Assembly: GCA_965645245.1 (NCBI GenBank)
Contig: OZ287076.1
Coordinates: 2,170,001-2,234,000 of the forward strand
Source: Massalongia carnosa
Taxonomy: Eukaryota
Reading direction: 5' to 3'
DNA: 64,000 bases
Below, in pieces: positions 46,582-60,074 of this stretch. Made by a program: the position numbers and the translations under genes. Below the pieces are notes generated by a model. That model did no database searches. It was not told where the DNA came from and was given only the letters and a program-made list of their open reading frames with translations. The first letter of the stretch is position 1; each line of letters starts with the position of its first letter.

Positions 46582-48228
46582 ATGAGCTCAAAAACGCCCA
46601 TGACGGCGAGAAAGGCCGTAGCCCCTCCCGCAGAGGCCCAGACCGGCCCAGCATTTAACACCCGTGCTCGTTCCGTCTCCCATCATTCGTCTCGCTCGGA
46701 TAGCAGCATGCCGGGAACGTTTGAAGACTCCGAATTACTTCAGAACGAACAGATTAAAGAAACCACGGAGGGGACGTGGGAAAAAACCCCAAGAGCAGGA
46801 CGTGAAAAAGAAAAGAAGTTTTTTCAGAAGATCGATGTCTCCGATCATCCATATTACGAGAAGGAAGCCGCGGAACATCCGTCCCACGTTGCAGCACACA
46901 ATTTGAAGGAATTGCAGAGCATCTTGCGAGACGAGAAAGAAGGACCCCGATGGTATGACTTCCTCGCGAGAGCGCTCGAATACGACAAGACCCTATTCAA
47001 CAAATACATCTCCTTGCAGGGTGACCTGGAGAAGCTTGGCGAGGCCAAAAAGATCAACAGACGTTACAAACAAGTACATGAACGTCTCATCACGGAAAAA
47101 GACGATGCCGAACGAGAGGCCCTTCTCGCGCAAGAAGAACTATCGCATAGAGATATCGAATTAAAGGCAATGACTATAGCAAAAGAGAGATTACAGAAAG
47201 ACATAGACTCCCTGGTCCGCCAGTTAGCGGAAACACGGGAAACACCACGTCATCAACGAGAAGATACCGTTACTACCCGAAGCACCAACACCAACCCCCA
47301 GAATTGGCGACCCCGTGGTATAAACCCTAGCAAGCCACTTAAAGGTGAGGAGTCGGAGGAGTATAGTCCTTGGGCGTACTCCGTCCGCAATAAACTGAAG
47401 ACAGACGCAACCCTCTACGCCGATGAGAACGAAAAGGTCGGTTACGCGCTGTCTCAAATGGAAGCGCCGATCTTCGGGGCTATGCACTCTTGGATAGTGG
47501 ATATGGGAGACTCACTATCGGCCGACGCTTTATTCGAAGAGATAGAGCACTATATGGGCATTCACCTCCAGAGTCGCGACGCCAAGAAAGAACTCCTCAC
47601 CGTCACCAAGAAAGGGGGCGAAAGCGTCAGCGAGTATTATCACCGAATCTTCAAGCTATGGCAGAAAGCCATAACTCCCGTTGACGAGCGAATTGAGAAG
47701 TTCCTCGTGACATTAAAGCCTAGCATCTCCAACTCTCTTATGGGTTCAGTCTTTACTGATTTCCGCCCTTTACTTGACGAAGCACGAAGAATCGAAGACC
47801 GCCGCAAAGATGTGGCGCACCACTTTCCTCGTCCCGATAAACCAGCCGCAACGAAGAATTCCAGCCAACGAAGCAACTTCTCCAGCGGACAATCCTCAAC
47901 CCAGTCCTCCGGCGGAAAGTCCGCCTCATCCTCCATCAATCAAACCAGCTCCAAGAAATCTGATGATCGGCCGAATGCGAAACTGATGCCAACGATATTC
48001 AAACCGGCCGGTTGGGTAGGCACCTGGTATGATCCAGACCCAAACCCAAAGAAGCTGAAGGACGACGAGCGCGAGTCCCTCTCCCGTCAACGCCGATGCT
48101 GGGCATGCAGGGGATCAGGACATCGAGGAAACGATACCATTTGTCCTCAATACAGGGACAAGAATTTGAGCACCATGAGAACAGTAGAAACAGATTCGGG
48201 AGCGGAATCTGAGGTGGGAAAAGCCTAG
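46582..48228 (+). CDS. gag: gag of gypsy D
   Basis: 548 aa ORF with coiled coil and CWACRGSGH..C knuckle; ends at GGGAAAA slippery site plus hairpin. Confidence 0.9.
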   Translation: MSSKTPMTARKAVAPPAEAQTGPAFNTRARSVSHHSSRSDSSMPGTFEDSELLQNEQIKETTEGTWEKTPRAGREKEKKFFQKIDVSDHPYYEKEAAEHPSHVAAHNLKELQSILRDEKEGPRWYDFLARALEYDKTLFNKYISLQGDLEKLGEAKKINRRYKQVHERLITEKDDAEREALLAQEELSHRDIELKAMTIAKERLQKDIDSLVRQLAETRETPRHQREDTVTTRSTNTNPQNWRPRGINPSKPLKGEESEEYSPWAYSVRNKLKTDATLYADENEKVGYALSQMEAPIFGAMHSWIVDMGDSLSADALFEEIEHYMGIHLQSRDAKKELLTVTKKGGESVSEYYHRIFKLWQKAITPVDERIEKFLVTLKPSISNSLMGSVFTDFRPLLDEARRIEDRRKDVAHHFPRPDKPAATKNSSQRSNFSSGQSSTQSSGGKSASSSINQTSSKKSDDRPNAKLMPTIFKPAGWVGTWYDPDPNPKKLKDDERESLSRQRRCWACRGSGHRGNDTICPQYRDKNLSTMRTVETDSGAESEVGKA

Positions 48229-50980
48229 TCCTTGATCGAAATCGCGATCAAGGGCTTACAAACAAGGAGGTTGTTAATGGGAACGGTGACACTGAAACGA
48301 AAATGATTAGGGTCTCTACTTGTGCTGTCCGCGATACTGAAAAGAAAATCGAGGGCAAGCATTTAGTTTTTAAAACTAGCGTAGCTGGAATTAGAACCCG
48401 TTTACTTATCGATAATGGAAGTGAAGCTGAACTCATTGACGAATCCTTTGTGCGTAAACACAAATTGAACACCTTCAAATTGGATGAGAAGGTGAAACTT
48501 ACTTTGGGAAATGGAGAGGTAGTACAGCTCCTCTCGAAGGCCGCCTTGATCGACGTGAAAATCGGAGATCACGAAGAGCAAGTCTTATGTTATTTGGCAA
48601 AACTAGAAGCGTATGCAGTAATTTTAGGGGATGGATGGCTGCAAACGCACAACCCAATGATCAATTGGAAAGAGAGAACGATGAAGTTCAACTCATCAAA
48701 TTGTCTTGAAAAAGGATGTCTTACACGAGGGATAACTTACACCGAATTCGCTGTGGGAAGCAAGGTTAAGAATAGGATCGAGCCTAAGGAAGACATCGAA
48801 GTTCTTCCAGTCAACGCAAAACACTTCTTTCGAATGGCCAGAAAGAAGGATCACGACGGCTATAAATGGATTCCTCGAGAAACAAAGAAGGCCTTCTGCG
48901 CAACTACCACCGGAGCAGTGACATCAGGAGATTACGACAAGTTCATGAAGGGAAAACCGGAATACACCCGAGAGGAGTTGTTGGAGAGAGTCCCAGCAGC
49001 TTATCACAGCGTAATAGATGTTTTCATGAAGCACAAGGCGGATGAACTGCCTGAACACCGGAAGGAGGATCATCAGATAAATCTCGAAGCGGGAAAAGAA
49101 GCTCCGTACGTAAGGAACTATAAACCCATGTCAGAACAAGAATTGGAAGCGGTTAAAAAATACATCGACGAGCATCTGGGAAAAGGCTTCATCCGTCCAA
49201 GTTCGTCAAGCGCAGCAGCCCCCGTTCTTTTAGTTAGAAAACCAGGGGGTGGTTTAAGATTTTGCGTAGATTATAGAGGCTTAAACTCCATCACGATCAA
49301 GAACAGGTACCCAATACCGTTGATAAATGAAACGTTGGGAAAACTATCACAAGCCAAGAAGTTCACAAAACTGGATGTGATTACCGCTTTCAATCGTATG
49401 AGAATGAAGGAAGGCCACGAATGGCTAACGGCTTTCAATACCAGATATGGTCAGTTCGAATATCTGGTAATGCCATTCGGTCTCTGCAACGCTCCGGGAA
49501 CCTTTCAGAGCTTCATTAACGATACAGTCAGAGAATACTTAGACGTCTTCTGCACTGCGTACTTGGACGATGTCCTAATTTATAGCGAAAAGGAAGAAGA
49601 GCATTCCGAACAAGTGTTAAAAGTTCTAACTCGATTGAAGGAGAAAGGACTGCAAGTGGACATAGACAAATGCGAATTCTCTGTGACGGAAGTAAAGTAT
49701 CTTGGATTAATAGTTACCACCGATGGAATAAAGATGGACTCGGAGAAAATCGAGGCGATTCTGAAATGGGAGACCCCAGGCTCCGTAAAAGACATGCAAG
49801 CATTTTTAGGCTTTGCGAATTTTTATCGACGATTTATATCGAGATTTTCGCAACGGACGAGATCGTTAACAGAATTAACAAAGGGCGAACAAATAACGAC
49901 GAAATCAGGAAAGAAACGAACCAAGTATAATTCGTTTGTATGGTCTGAAGATTGTCAAAAGGCCTTCAAAGATTTAAAAATTGCGTTCACCACCGCCCCC
50001 GTCTTAGCACATTACGATCCGGCCCTGGAAACATGGATCGAGACTGACTCTTCAGATTTCGTCAGCGCCGGAGTACTCTCTCAAATGCACGATGGAGTAC
50101 TGAAACCGGTAGCCTATTTTTCCAAGAAGATGACCCCTGCCGAGTGTAACTATATGATTTATGATAAGGAACTCCTCGCTATTGTAAAGAGCTTCGAAGT
50201 CTGGCGCCCCGAGGTTGCAAGTGCTGCTCCTGATAAACCTGTTAAAGTATACACCGATCACAAGAATTTAGAGCACTTCATGACCACGAAGCAGCTAAAC
50301 AGAAGGCAAGCCAGATGGGCCGAATTTCTTTCCGAATTTAATTTCAAGATTATGTATCGACCGGGAAAGCAAGGAGAGAAACCGGATACGCTTACTCGAC
50401 GCTCTCAAGATCTCCCGAAAGGATTCGAAGATATCAGAGAGCAACATCAGTTTCAAACGCTGCTTCAAGAGCATCAACTAGATGACGATGTACGAAAAGC
50501 GTTAGCAGTCGTGTTCTGCGCAAACACAGCGGACGACGACGACGACGACGATAACAATCAAGATAATCAAAGCGAATTCATCGAGGAAGACACAACAGGA
50601 TCGGAGGAACCCAACGCAGAACCTACATCAGTGATCGACGAGACCGAGAGCTCAGTAACGAAGACTTTGGAGGAACTAATTGAAGAAGCTTACGAAAAAG
50701 ACGAAACAGTTCAAGACATAGTAGCAGCAAAGAGGAAGGAACTGAGGAAACTCCCATTGAACCTCATAAAAAGAGGAATAAAGCTAGCAATGGGGGACCT
50801 CAAACTAGAAAACGACAAGCTGTATGTCAAAGGAAGACTATACGTACCAGATTACGAGCCATTGCAGCTACATTTACTGAAAAAGCATCACGAACCACCA
50901 TTACAGGGCTATCCGGGATACAAAAGTATGTATCAGATAATGAGAGAAAATTACTTCTGGTTTGAAATGAAGGATCACTG

Positions 50981-51387
50981 TGTTGAGAATTGAGCCGAGA
51001 TGTCTGCTTATTAATAAGAGCACTAACCGAATGCGGATCAAGCACTAAGGGTTATTTCGGCCGTGGCAACACATCACTAATCATTCGAGATGTCATCCAT
51101 CTGCCAGCTAAGGGAGGCAAAACGGAATATATTGTTAGATGGTGAGGCTACCATTGGTTAGATGGTCAGGCTACTATCAATATAGGCATCCATCGTGAGT
51201 CACACGGGTGTCTACTAGGCACCTATGGAGGTGTCTAACAGGCAGCTATGGGAAGCCTATAGCATTACTGCTGTGTGACTGCTATAAAAGCAGGTAGATA
51301 GCCCACATAGATAATAACCCTCAATGACATGTATGCTTCTTATTTGCCCTACTTCCGTTTCATGATCAATAGCCTGGTGTTTCAACA
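50981..51387. mobile_element. 407 bp solo LTR in the gypsy D integrase zinc finger
   Basis: TGTTGA...TCAACA, perfect CACTG TSD. Confidence 0.9.
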
Positions 51388-52340
51388 CACTGCAAGAGAT
51401 ACGCAGTTAACTGCTCCGTATGCCGAAGATCAAAAGCATACAACGACAAGAAGCAAGGCCTGCTGAATCCTCTTCCTATTCCAAATAGAAAATGGATGGA
51501 CGTGTCATTGGACTTCGTCGAATTCCTTCCAGAATGCCGAAGACCAAACAGAGTCTATCAACACATATTAGTGATAGTAGATCGTTTAACGAAAAGACGA
51601 TTATATGAACCACTAACCTCTCTCTCTACTGATGAACTGATGGATGCGATGTCCAGGAGATTATTCTCCTCTTACGGATTTCCTATATCAACAGTAAACG
51701 ATCGCGGTAGTCAACTAACCGCTCACTTATGGAAAAGAGTTTGCGAAAGATACGGGGTGAAAATCAAATTCTCATCTGCACATCATCCCGAAACAGACGG
51801 TCAAACCGAAAACGCCAACAAGGTAATGAAAAATTATCTCCGAGCATACGTCAATTACACACAAGACAACTGGGTGGATTATCTTTCAGACGCAGAGTTT
51901 GCCGCCAACAATCATGTAAATGTATCAACGGGAATGACTCCCTTCTTCGCAGACCATGGCTTCCACCCACGCTGTGGCATCGAACCACCAGGCACATACG
52001 AAGGAAAAGGAAAAGTAGAGATACTGCATGCTGACAAAATCATAGAACGGCAAGAAGCCATGCGAACCTGGCTCCGAGATCAATTAGCCTGGGCTCAGGA
52101 TGAACAAACACGACACGCAAACAAAGGCCGTCAACCTCACCCCGAATACAAAATCGGGGACATGGTTTATGTAAACGCCAAGCACTTTGCTTCAGAAAGA
52201 CCCAGCAGATCATTAAGCTTCAAGAACATAGGACCATGGAAGATAATAAGAATTATTGACAATAAAGCATACGAATTAGAGATCCCGGATCAGTTAAAGA
52301 ACGTCGGGCTTACCCCCATCTTTCATCCGTGGAAGCTACA

Positions 52341-55300
52341 TGTCAGGCGATTAGGGGTCACATGACCCGCCATGGGTCACATGACCCACGAACCCCTATG
52401 AGATATCCCTCAGTTAGCTAGCCTAGACCTCCCATAGATCAATACACACGACTCCTTTTCACCCATATTCCACATTAGCCCATACAGCTTGATAGTTATG
52501 AGCCCGGAGAGCATAGAAGCTTCAATTCCTACTCATTGATCTAGTTGAATAAAACCCTCTTCCCAAAACGATCCAACAAAACGATCAAAATGGAGGAGAC
52601 CAACAAAGCAACGATGATCGCCCTAACTCCCAAGAATTATCATCTATGGATTAGGGAATTACAAGGAATATCCGAGAAAGCGAAGGTATGGCAATATGTG
52701 GACCCCAATGGTTCAAAACCGGAGCCTGAAGAGGGAGAATATCCGGAAGTTTCACAATATCAAGTCCATATTCAAGCACAGCCAGCAGGTGGAATTGCTT
52801 ACCCCATTGTAGAAGGTGGAGTTGTAATAGCCACGAAATCGGCTGAGAAATACGGCGATTTATCGGCTGAGCAAAAGGAGGACTATAAAATGGAGATATC
52901 AGCCTATAAGATGAAGGAAAAACAGGTGGAGAAGGTCGCCCAAGGACTCAGAATAGTGGACAATGCACTAAAGAGCTCCGCACGAGCATACATCCCCCCC
53001 AATAAGATGGCTTCATCGGTTAGGGAAATAGTGAAAATTCTGGCTGCAAGATATAAGCGGTCAGATGACCAAGTCATAGAGCAATTACATGAGCAATTTC
53101 TAGCCCTAAAAACCCCGCCTATTAAAGGTAAAATAGAGGCATGGGTAGCTGATTGGGAGAATATTAAGGGACAAACTGTTGAGCTCAATGTAACGGGCCT
53201 ATTTGGCTCCGAGACCATATTCATCAATGAATTTCTCCAATCAGGGAAGAAATGGGCGCCCAATTTCTGTGAAAACTGGGTAATGCAGCATAGGGCTGCT
53301 AAGACGACGGTTGAATTTTACGAGACAACCAGGGAATATCGTTTAGCCGTGGAATCATTCCTGAATGAGGCACAATCAACGTCTAGAAATCAAGCTAATG
53401 CAGCCTCGCTGCAGGGGCAAATGCAAGACGAAAATAAAGGTCCGGGGCCTAGCCAATCAAGTCAATGGAATGGCCAATCAAAAGAGGCCAGATTCAAGGA
53501 TAGAAAGTGCGTATGTGGGAAAATACACCTGTTCAGGCTATGCCCATATATCGTCAAATCAGCTCGCCCCCCTGCATGGAAGGAAGATAAAACCGTACGC
53601 AATGAAATACGTCAGAAAATTCAGTCAAACATTCGGTTTTTCATGGCCATTAAGAAGGTCACCGACACCAACATACTAGATAGAATAACTGAGGAGTCAG
53701 TTAAAAAGAGCTCCCAAAAAGCAGAGAATGATCAACATAATCAGGGCAATCACATTGAATTGCCTAGTCAATCCTTCTCGTTTGCGAACGTTACATCTAG
53801 GGCAAATAACCCCTTGCATAAAAGCGTCATCTTTGACTCTGGATGCGATAACCCTCTAACCTATGATAAATCACGGTTTATAGGAGAGATAACCCCAACT
53901 TCGTCAGACATGTGGGTAGACACCCCCGACGGGGAGATGAAAATCCATGCTCATGGCACAATGAGGGTAAATGGCCTATTAAATGGCCAGAAAAGGGAGC
54001 TATTATTCGAAGGAACAGCTTATATTCCTGATTCATTAGTGACGTTGGTTTCGGCCAATAAGTTGATAAAACGAGGTTTTTTCTGGGATATGTCTACTGA
54101 TACCCTTATAGTGGTTGATGTTACGCTAAACATTAGCCTAACGGACAAGTGTCAGGCAGTTGGTGACTGCTTGGCCGGAATGGGCCTAGGGTAGTTTAGC
54201 CGATGTGGGTGCTCAAAAGCACCCACGATAGAATTAATCAAAACTATTCCTTCTAAATATTCGTACATGCACTATAGTGATCAACAATTCACTTCAACAA
54301 TAGTTAAGGAGACAGGGCAACAAATATGTGAAATAAAGGAGCACTATGGGCTCTCAATCATAGAATATAACCCTGAATCCATAGATATAGGGTTTGCTAA
54401 CTCAGTGCAGCCACGCGATACGTCAAAGGCAACTCCATGGAAATGGCATCTTCGCCTCGGTCATTGCCGGCCAGAGATGATTGACCAGCTAAAGAAGATC
54501 GATGAGGTGACAGTTTCAAAAGGCGTAGGGGGTGAAAACGCACCTAGGACCATTCAATGCGAAACGTGTGCAGTCTCCAAAATGCATAGAGTCATCAATA
54601 AAGCTCCGTCAGGGCGTGCCATCAAGCCATATCAGGTGCTTCATTTTGACCTAACCATCAATGATAAGGGGTTCGATGGAACGAGCTGTATAGCTCATTT
54701 TAGGGACGAATTTACCTCATATGTATGGGTTTATCCATTGAATGATCATAAGGAAAAGACCCTATTGCCCATCTTTAAAAGCTTGATCAATCAATGCGAT
54801 AGAGCTGGCATTTCCATTAATTCAATGGTAACCACGATTCGCACGGGGCAAGAAACATCAATAGGAAAAGCCCTAGAAGCATGGATCAGTCAGCAAGGCA
54901 TAGAATGGTCATGGTCAGCAAAGAATACCCCTGAGCAAAATGGCGTTTCGGAGCGTTTCGGAGCCCTATTAACTGAAAAAGCTCGATGCATCAGGGAATA
55001 TGCAAAAATGCCAGAAGACCTCTATCCGGAGTGCTATTTAGCTGCAGCCCATCTGATGAATCGAACCCCTAATAAAGCTCTGGAATGGGACTCCCCATTG
55101 GTCAAATTGCAGAAACTGACCAATCCGGGTCAATCAGTCAGATACGAGCTGGCTCATCTAAAAGTGTTTGGTTGCAAGGCGTATCCATTGCTAAAAGGGG
55201 CCGATGCTCCTCCCAAAAGCAATAAGTTGAAACCTAGGGCATTTGTTGGCTATTTGGTTGGCTATGATTCAACCAATATCTTCAGGATATGAAATCCAGA

Positions 55301-57837
55301 AAAGGGAGATGTCAGCGGTTATAGAGACGTCATATTCAACGAAGATGAGCTTTATAGCGCCTATACGTCGAATAAGGAGCTATTGCTAAAGGAGACTGAA
55401 AAAGCGAGCTTTATAGAGTTTCATGTAGTTGAACAACGCCCCGCATTTCAGGAGATAGATAGTGAGGAAGAAGAATGGCTAGACTTATCAGTCAATAAGC
55501 GTATAGAGCAATTGACTATAGAAGATAACCCACCTAGTCAGGACGAAATACAGGAGAAAATAACTCGCTCATCAACGCCCATGCAACTGGAAACGCTGAT
55601 AGAAACACCTGAACCAGATATCAGCCCTAATGTCTCCATAGATAAAAGAAGGGCCAAAAAGGTGAGGGCATCAACAATTGACCCTCCACAACTCCCGCAA
55701 ACGGGCCTAACGCCCCTCAATGTGACGGAAATAGAGCAATCATCAGGAAAAAGCAGCGATGGGATAAATGAGGCAAACGTTATAGAGGGAAAACGTACTA
55801 GGAAACCAAACCCTAGATACGCTGCAAATGGAGCTTGGTCAGCAGAAGAAATATCGAAATTCCCTCAATTTCATACAGCGTTTATGGCGGGGACGGCGAG
55901 AATGACTAATCAGCTCCGAACTGATGATTTGCCCGACCCCCCATCTTATTGGCGAGCTCTGCTAAGGCATCCCTATGCAGATGAGTTCATGAAAGCAGCT
56001 AACGTTGAATGGGAGGCACTTTTCCACAAAGAAACATGGGAAATAGTTGATCAAGATGAGGCTATACAGCCAATATTGCCCCTCAAATGGGTTTTCACCT
56101 ATAAGACTGATTCGGACGGCTATTTGGCAAAGTTCAAAGCACGTCTAGTGGTTCGAGGTGACCTACAGCAAGATAATGCTCAAGATTTTTATGCAGCTAC
56201 ATTAGCCTTCAAGGTGTTTAGGGCATTAATGGCATTAGTTGCTGTATTCGGGCTGAAAACGAGGCAGTTAGACGCTATTAACGCCTTTCTAAATGCTCAC
56301 AATGACGAGCCTATTTACTGCTTTTTGCCTGATGGTTTTAAGCTTAGAAAGAAGGTGCTAAAAGTGAAAAAAGCGCTATATGGTCAAAGAAAATCACCCC
56401 TTCTATGGCTACGAATGCTAATAGGCAAATGCATAGAACTAGGGTTAAAACAGGTGCCAGGCGAACCATGCCTATTCTATACGGAGGGAATCATACTATT
56501 CTTCTATGTGGACGACATAGTAAAGGCGTATCGGTCCAAAAAAGAAGCCGAAGTCGAGGAATATGTGCAACGTTTAATGAAGATGATCGAAATACGGGAT
56601 ATGGGTCCATTAACCTATTTTCTAGGCGTACGGGTCATTCATAAAATAGAAGAAAAGACGATTCACTTGATTCAGGACTCCTATAAGAACAAATTAGCCA
56701 AGGAATATGACATAGATGAAAAGTCGGAGGCTAAAACACGTCTAACGCCCATATTCAATAAAGAACTGGCGCCATATGAGGGGAGGTAGATCCGGCCAGA
56801 ATGCATCTATATAGGAAGAAAGTTGGATCAATATGCTACCCAGCTATTATGACTCGGCCAGATATAGCAAAATCAGCTTCAAAATTAGCTGAATATCTGA
56901 CCAACCCGGGACCTAGTCATATGAGGGCTGCAGACCATTACCTACGTTATCTATATGGGACGAAATATCTGGGAATCCAGTACTCGGCCAAAGGGGGCGG
57001 TGAAATCACTACTATGGCAAATCATGGACCGGTTCCGGCTAATAAGCAGGTTTTTGAGGCAACGGCTGATGCATCCTATGCAAATAACCCAGATAGGAAA
57101 AGCTCCGAGGGCTATACATTCAAGCTATTTGGTGGGATGATTGACTGGGCCGCTAGGAAGCAACTGACCGTGACCACGTCAACCACTGAGGCCGAGTTAT
57201 TGTCTATGCTTCATGCAGGTAAAGAGCTCATATGGTGGATACATCTATTTGAAAAGCTATAATTTAACCCGGATCAAGATATAGTTATCTATAACGATAA
57301 CCTACAGACAATTCGCATTTTAACCTCCGAAATGGGAAAAACTGACACTAAATTGAGGCATATAGACGTCGCCCAATGCTGGCTTAGGCAATCTGTGCAA
57401 AGGGGGGAATTATGTGTTGCCTATGTGCCGACCAATCAGATGGTCGCAGATGGTTTAACCAAGATCCTACCTCCTCAAAAGCATCAACATTTCGTCAAGC
57501 TATTAGGGCTAGTCAATGCCATGGACCTGGTAAACAATCAGAAGAAATTGGCCAATCAGAAGAAGGGAAATACGGCCACAAATTGAATCGGCCAAAATCA
57601 CTAGAAATCAAGGTAAAACATGGAAATTTTCACCTAATATAGGTTTTTCGGTCATGGCACCTTTGGTCAAAGCTGGGGGGGTGTGTCAGGCGATTAGGGG
57701 TCACATGACCCGCCATGGGTCACATGACCCACGAACCCCTATGAGATATCCCTCAGTTAGCTAGCCTAGACCTCCCATAGATCAATACACACGACTCCTT
57801 TTCACCCATATTCCACATTAGCCCATACAGCTTGATA
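52341..57837 (+). mobile_element. Ty1/copia element (copia E), coding region disabled
   Basis: 154 bp LTRs 52341-52494 and 57684-57837 that read as identical and end TGATA; CTACA TSD; PBS GTTATGAGCCC; gag-pol with stops at 55290 and 57260 and a frameshift near 56790. Confidence 0.95.
54113..54299. mobile_element. 187 bp solo LTR inside copia E
   Basis: ATAGT TSD; GGTTGA...TCAACA termini. Confidence 0.8.
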
Positions 57838-58166
57838 CTACATCTCGCACCTTCCAACCCATTCCCAGGACAAGTCGTACCGCCTGGACCGCCCATAGCC
57901 ATAACCGAAAACGACGAAGAGGAGGCCCCCGAAGAATGGGAAGTCCTCGAAATAATATACTGCCGCGAAACAAGAAAGTTCGGCGTGCAGTACAAAGCAA
58001 CCTTCATTGGAAATTGGGATGAATGGAACGCGAACCCTTACTGGCAACCATGGACCGACTTCAAGAATTCAAAGGACAAAATCCTCCAATATCATCGAGA
58101 ACATCCACAGAAACCCAAACCACCAGATGATCTAACAAAAATAGATGATAATCAAGAATCAGGCTA

Positions 58167-60074
58167 ATCGTGCCACGCCTCATCCCCTAGCGGGGGTGCT
58201 GGCCACCCAAATGACGTACACCACCCATATGACGTTTTTTTCGATTTTTGACTTCTACTATTTCAACGATCACCATTCAACAACACAATGCCTACCAATT
58301 ATGAAGAATTGGAGCATCATATTCAGGATGCCCCGGATGCTATTGGCGATGGCGAATACCGCTTTGCAACCGATGCTGCCGTCGCATTCAACGTCAAAGT
58401 CAGAACTCTTCAGAGACGCATTGCTGGAAGCCATACTTCCTTCTTTGAACGTGAGCCTCATGGTCATGCTCTAACTGACGATCAAAGAGGTGCAATAGTC
58501 ATATATTTGACAAGACTGGATAAACTATCGATTTCTGCGCGCATCAGGCATCTGCGGGGTGCAGCAAATTACCTTCTTGCTCAGGCGAATCCTGTCGATC
58601 CTCCCCGAGTCGGACAGCACTGGCCAGCACGATTTCTAGCTCAGCACCCTCAATTTCATAGGAGGAAGCAGATACCTCTTGCAGTCGAAAGGAAGACTTC
58701 CCTTACAAACGATGTTGCAAAGGCTTACTTCCATGAATTTCGTCAAATTTGTCACGAGAAGGGGATCGGACCCGAAGATATTTGGAACATGGACGAGTCA
58801 GGCTTTCGGATAGGCGTTGGCAGGGGTCATACTGTCATCACATTGCTTACCAAAGGTCCTGTTCGTGTTACTGATCCGGGTGTACGTGATCTGATCAGTG
58901 ACGTTGAAAGTATTAGTGGTGGAGGAGCGACGATCCCTCCGATGCTCATCGTGCCCGGAGTTTATATTCTAAATAAATGGGTGCAAGAAAACGTCCTCGA
59001 CGACGATATACTGCTTGCTACTACTTCCTCTGGGTATTCCGATGATGTTAAGGCTTATGAGTGGATACAGCACTTTGAAAAACATAGTCGGAAGACTCAG
59101 GTAGGTGGCTGGAGACTCCTTATCATGGACAATTATGGATCTCATCTTACATACGAATTTATTGAGTACTGCAATCACAAGAATATCATCTTGTTCGGTC
59201 TTCCCCCGCATTCTACACATGTTACTCAGCCATTGGATGTGGGAATATTTCAGCCCATGAAGCACTATCATTCCGATGTAATTGACGATGCTGTTCGACT
59301 CGGGAGCGATAATTTCAACAAACAAGACTTTTTTGCCGCTTTCACAGACATGCGAGCAAAGGCCTTTACTAGATCAAATATTCTATCGGCCTTCGAACAC
59401 ACTGGTCTAATTCCTTACTCACCCAAGATAGTGCTAGATAAAATAAATGGCTGGCAACCCCCTTCAAAGGAGCCAACTCCGGACCCTTTCTGCTCGTCAC
59501 CATCCTTTCAAGGCACTCCACATGGTCCTAGGCAGTTGTTTAGACGCGGAAGGGAGTTACAAAGAGGTCTAGAAGACTTTTATCTGCCCGAGGATCGTCG
59601 TAAAAAGATGGATCAATATTTAAAGGGGTCGCTCGAAGCTGCGAATTCGCTAGCGTTGGCGGAGCGAGACATTGCAGCCACTCAAAATCATCACAAACAA
59701 CGCTCAAAAAGAGAAGCACTAGATGGATCGCTTGCTCAAAAGGGCGGTGTTATAACTGTGGGCGACGCAAGAGGAAAAATTAAGGCCTGGAGGATAGAGA
59801 AAGTGGCTAAGCATAATAGAGCGAAGGAGCGGCAAGAGATGATCGATGCAAATGCACGAAATAAGTGGAATAAACAGTGCGCCGAAGGCTTCAAATTGAT
59901 AGGTAAGAAAGCTGATCAGTGGATCAACACCTGGATAGAGTTATTAGACATAGAATATGAGGATGGGGCTACCTTTAAGGAGGTAATAGAACTTTTTAAT
60001 TAAAAACGTCATATGGGTGGTGTACGTCATTTGGGTGGCCAGCACCCCCGCTAGGGGGTGAGGCGTGGCACGAT
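58167..60074 (+). mobile_element. intact Fot1/pogo DNA transposon
   Basis: ~73 bp TIRs (ATCGTGCCACGCCTCA...) with one mismatch seen, TA TSD, single full ORF. Confidence 0.97.
58288..60003 (+). CDS. Fot1/pogo transposase (HTH + DDE_1)
   Basis: 571 aa; WNMDESG, LIMDNYGSH, QPLDVG catalytic triad intact. Confidence 0.95.
   Translation: MPTNYEELEHHIQDAPDAIGDGEYRFATDAAVAFNVKVRTLQRRIAGSHTSFFEREPHGHALTDDQRGAIVIYLTRLDKLSISARIRHLRGAANYLLAQANPVDPPRVGQHWPARFLAQHPQFHRRKQIPLAVERKTSLTNDVAKAYFHEFRQICHEKGIGPEDIWNMDESGFRIGVGRGHTVITLLTKGPVRVTDPGVRDLISDVESISGGGATIPPMLIVPGVYILNKWVQENVLDDDILLATTSSGYSDDVKAYEWIQHFEKHSRKTQVGGWRLLIMDNYGSHLTYEFIEYCNHKNIILFGLPPHSTHVTQPLDVGIFQPMKHYHSDVIDDAVRLGSDNFNKQDFFAAFTDMRAKAFTRSNILSAFEHTGLIPYSPKIVLDKINGWQPPSKEPTPDPFCSSPSFQGTPHGPRQLFRRGRELQRGLEDFYLPEDRRKKMDQYLKGSLEAANSLALAERDIAATQNHHKQRSKREALDGSLAQKGGVITVGDARGKIKAWRIEKVAKHNRAKERQEMIDANARNKWNKQCAEGFKLIGKKADQWINTWIELLDIEYEDGATFKEVIELFN

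Larger units (their letters stand above)
48219..58167 (+). pseudogene. pol: pol of gypsy D in three pieces (48219-50980, 51393-52340, 57843-58167)
   Basis: LIDNGS protease, YLDD RT, TDSS RNase H, integrase, chromodomain; frames rejoin across the CACTG and CTACA TSDs. Confidence 0.92.
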
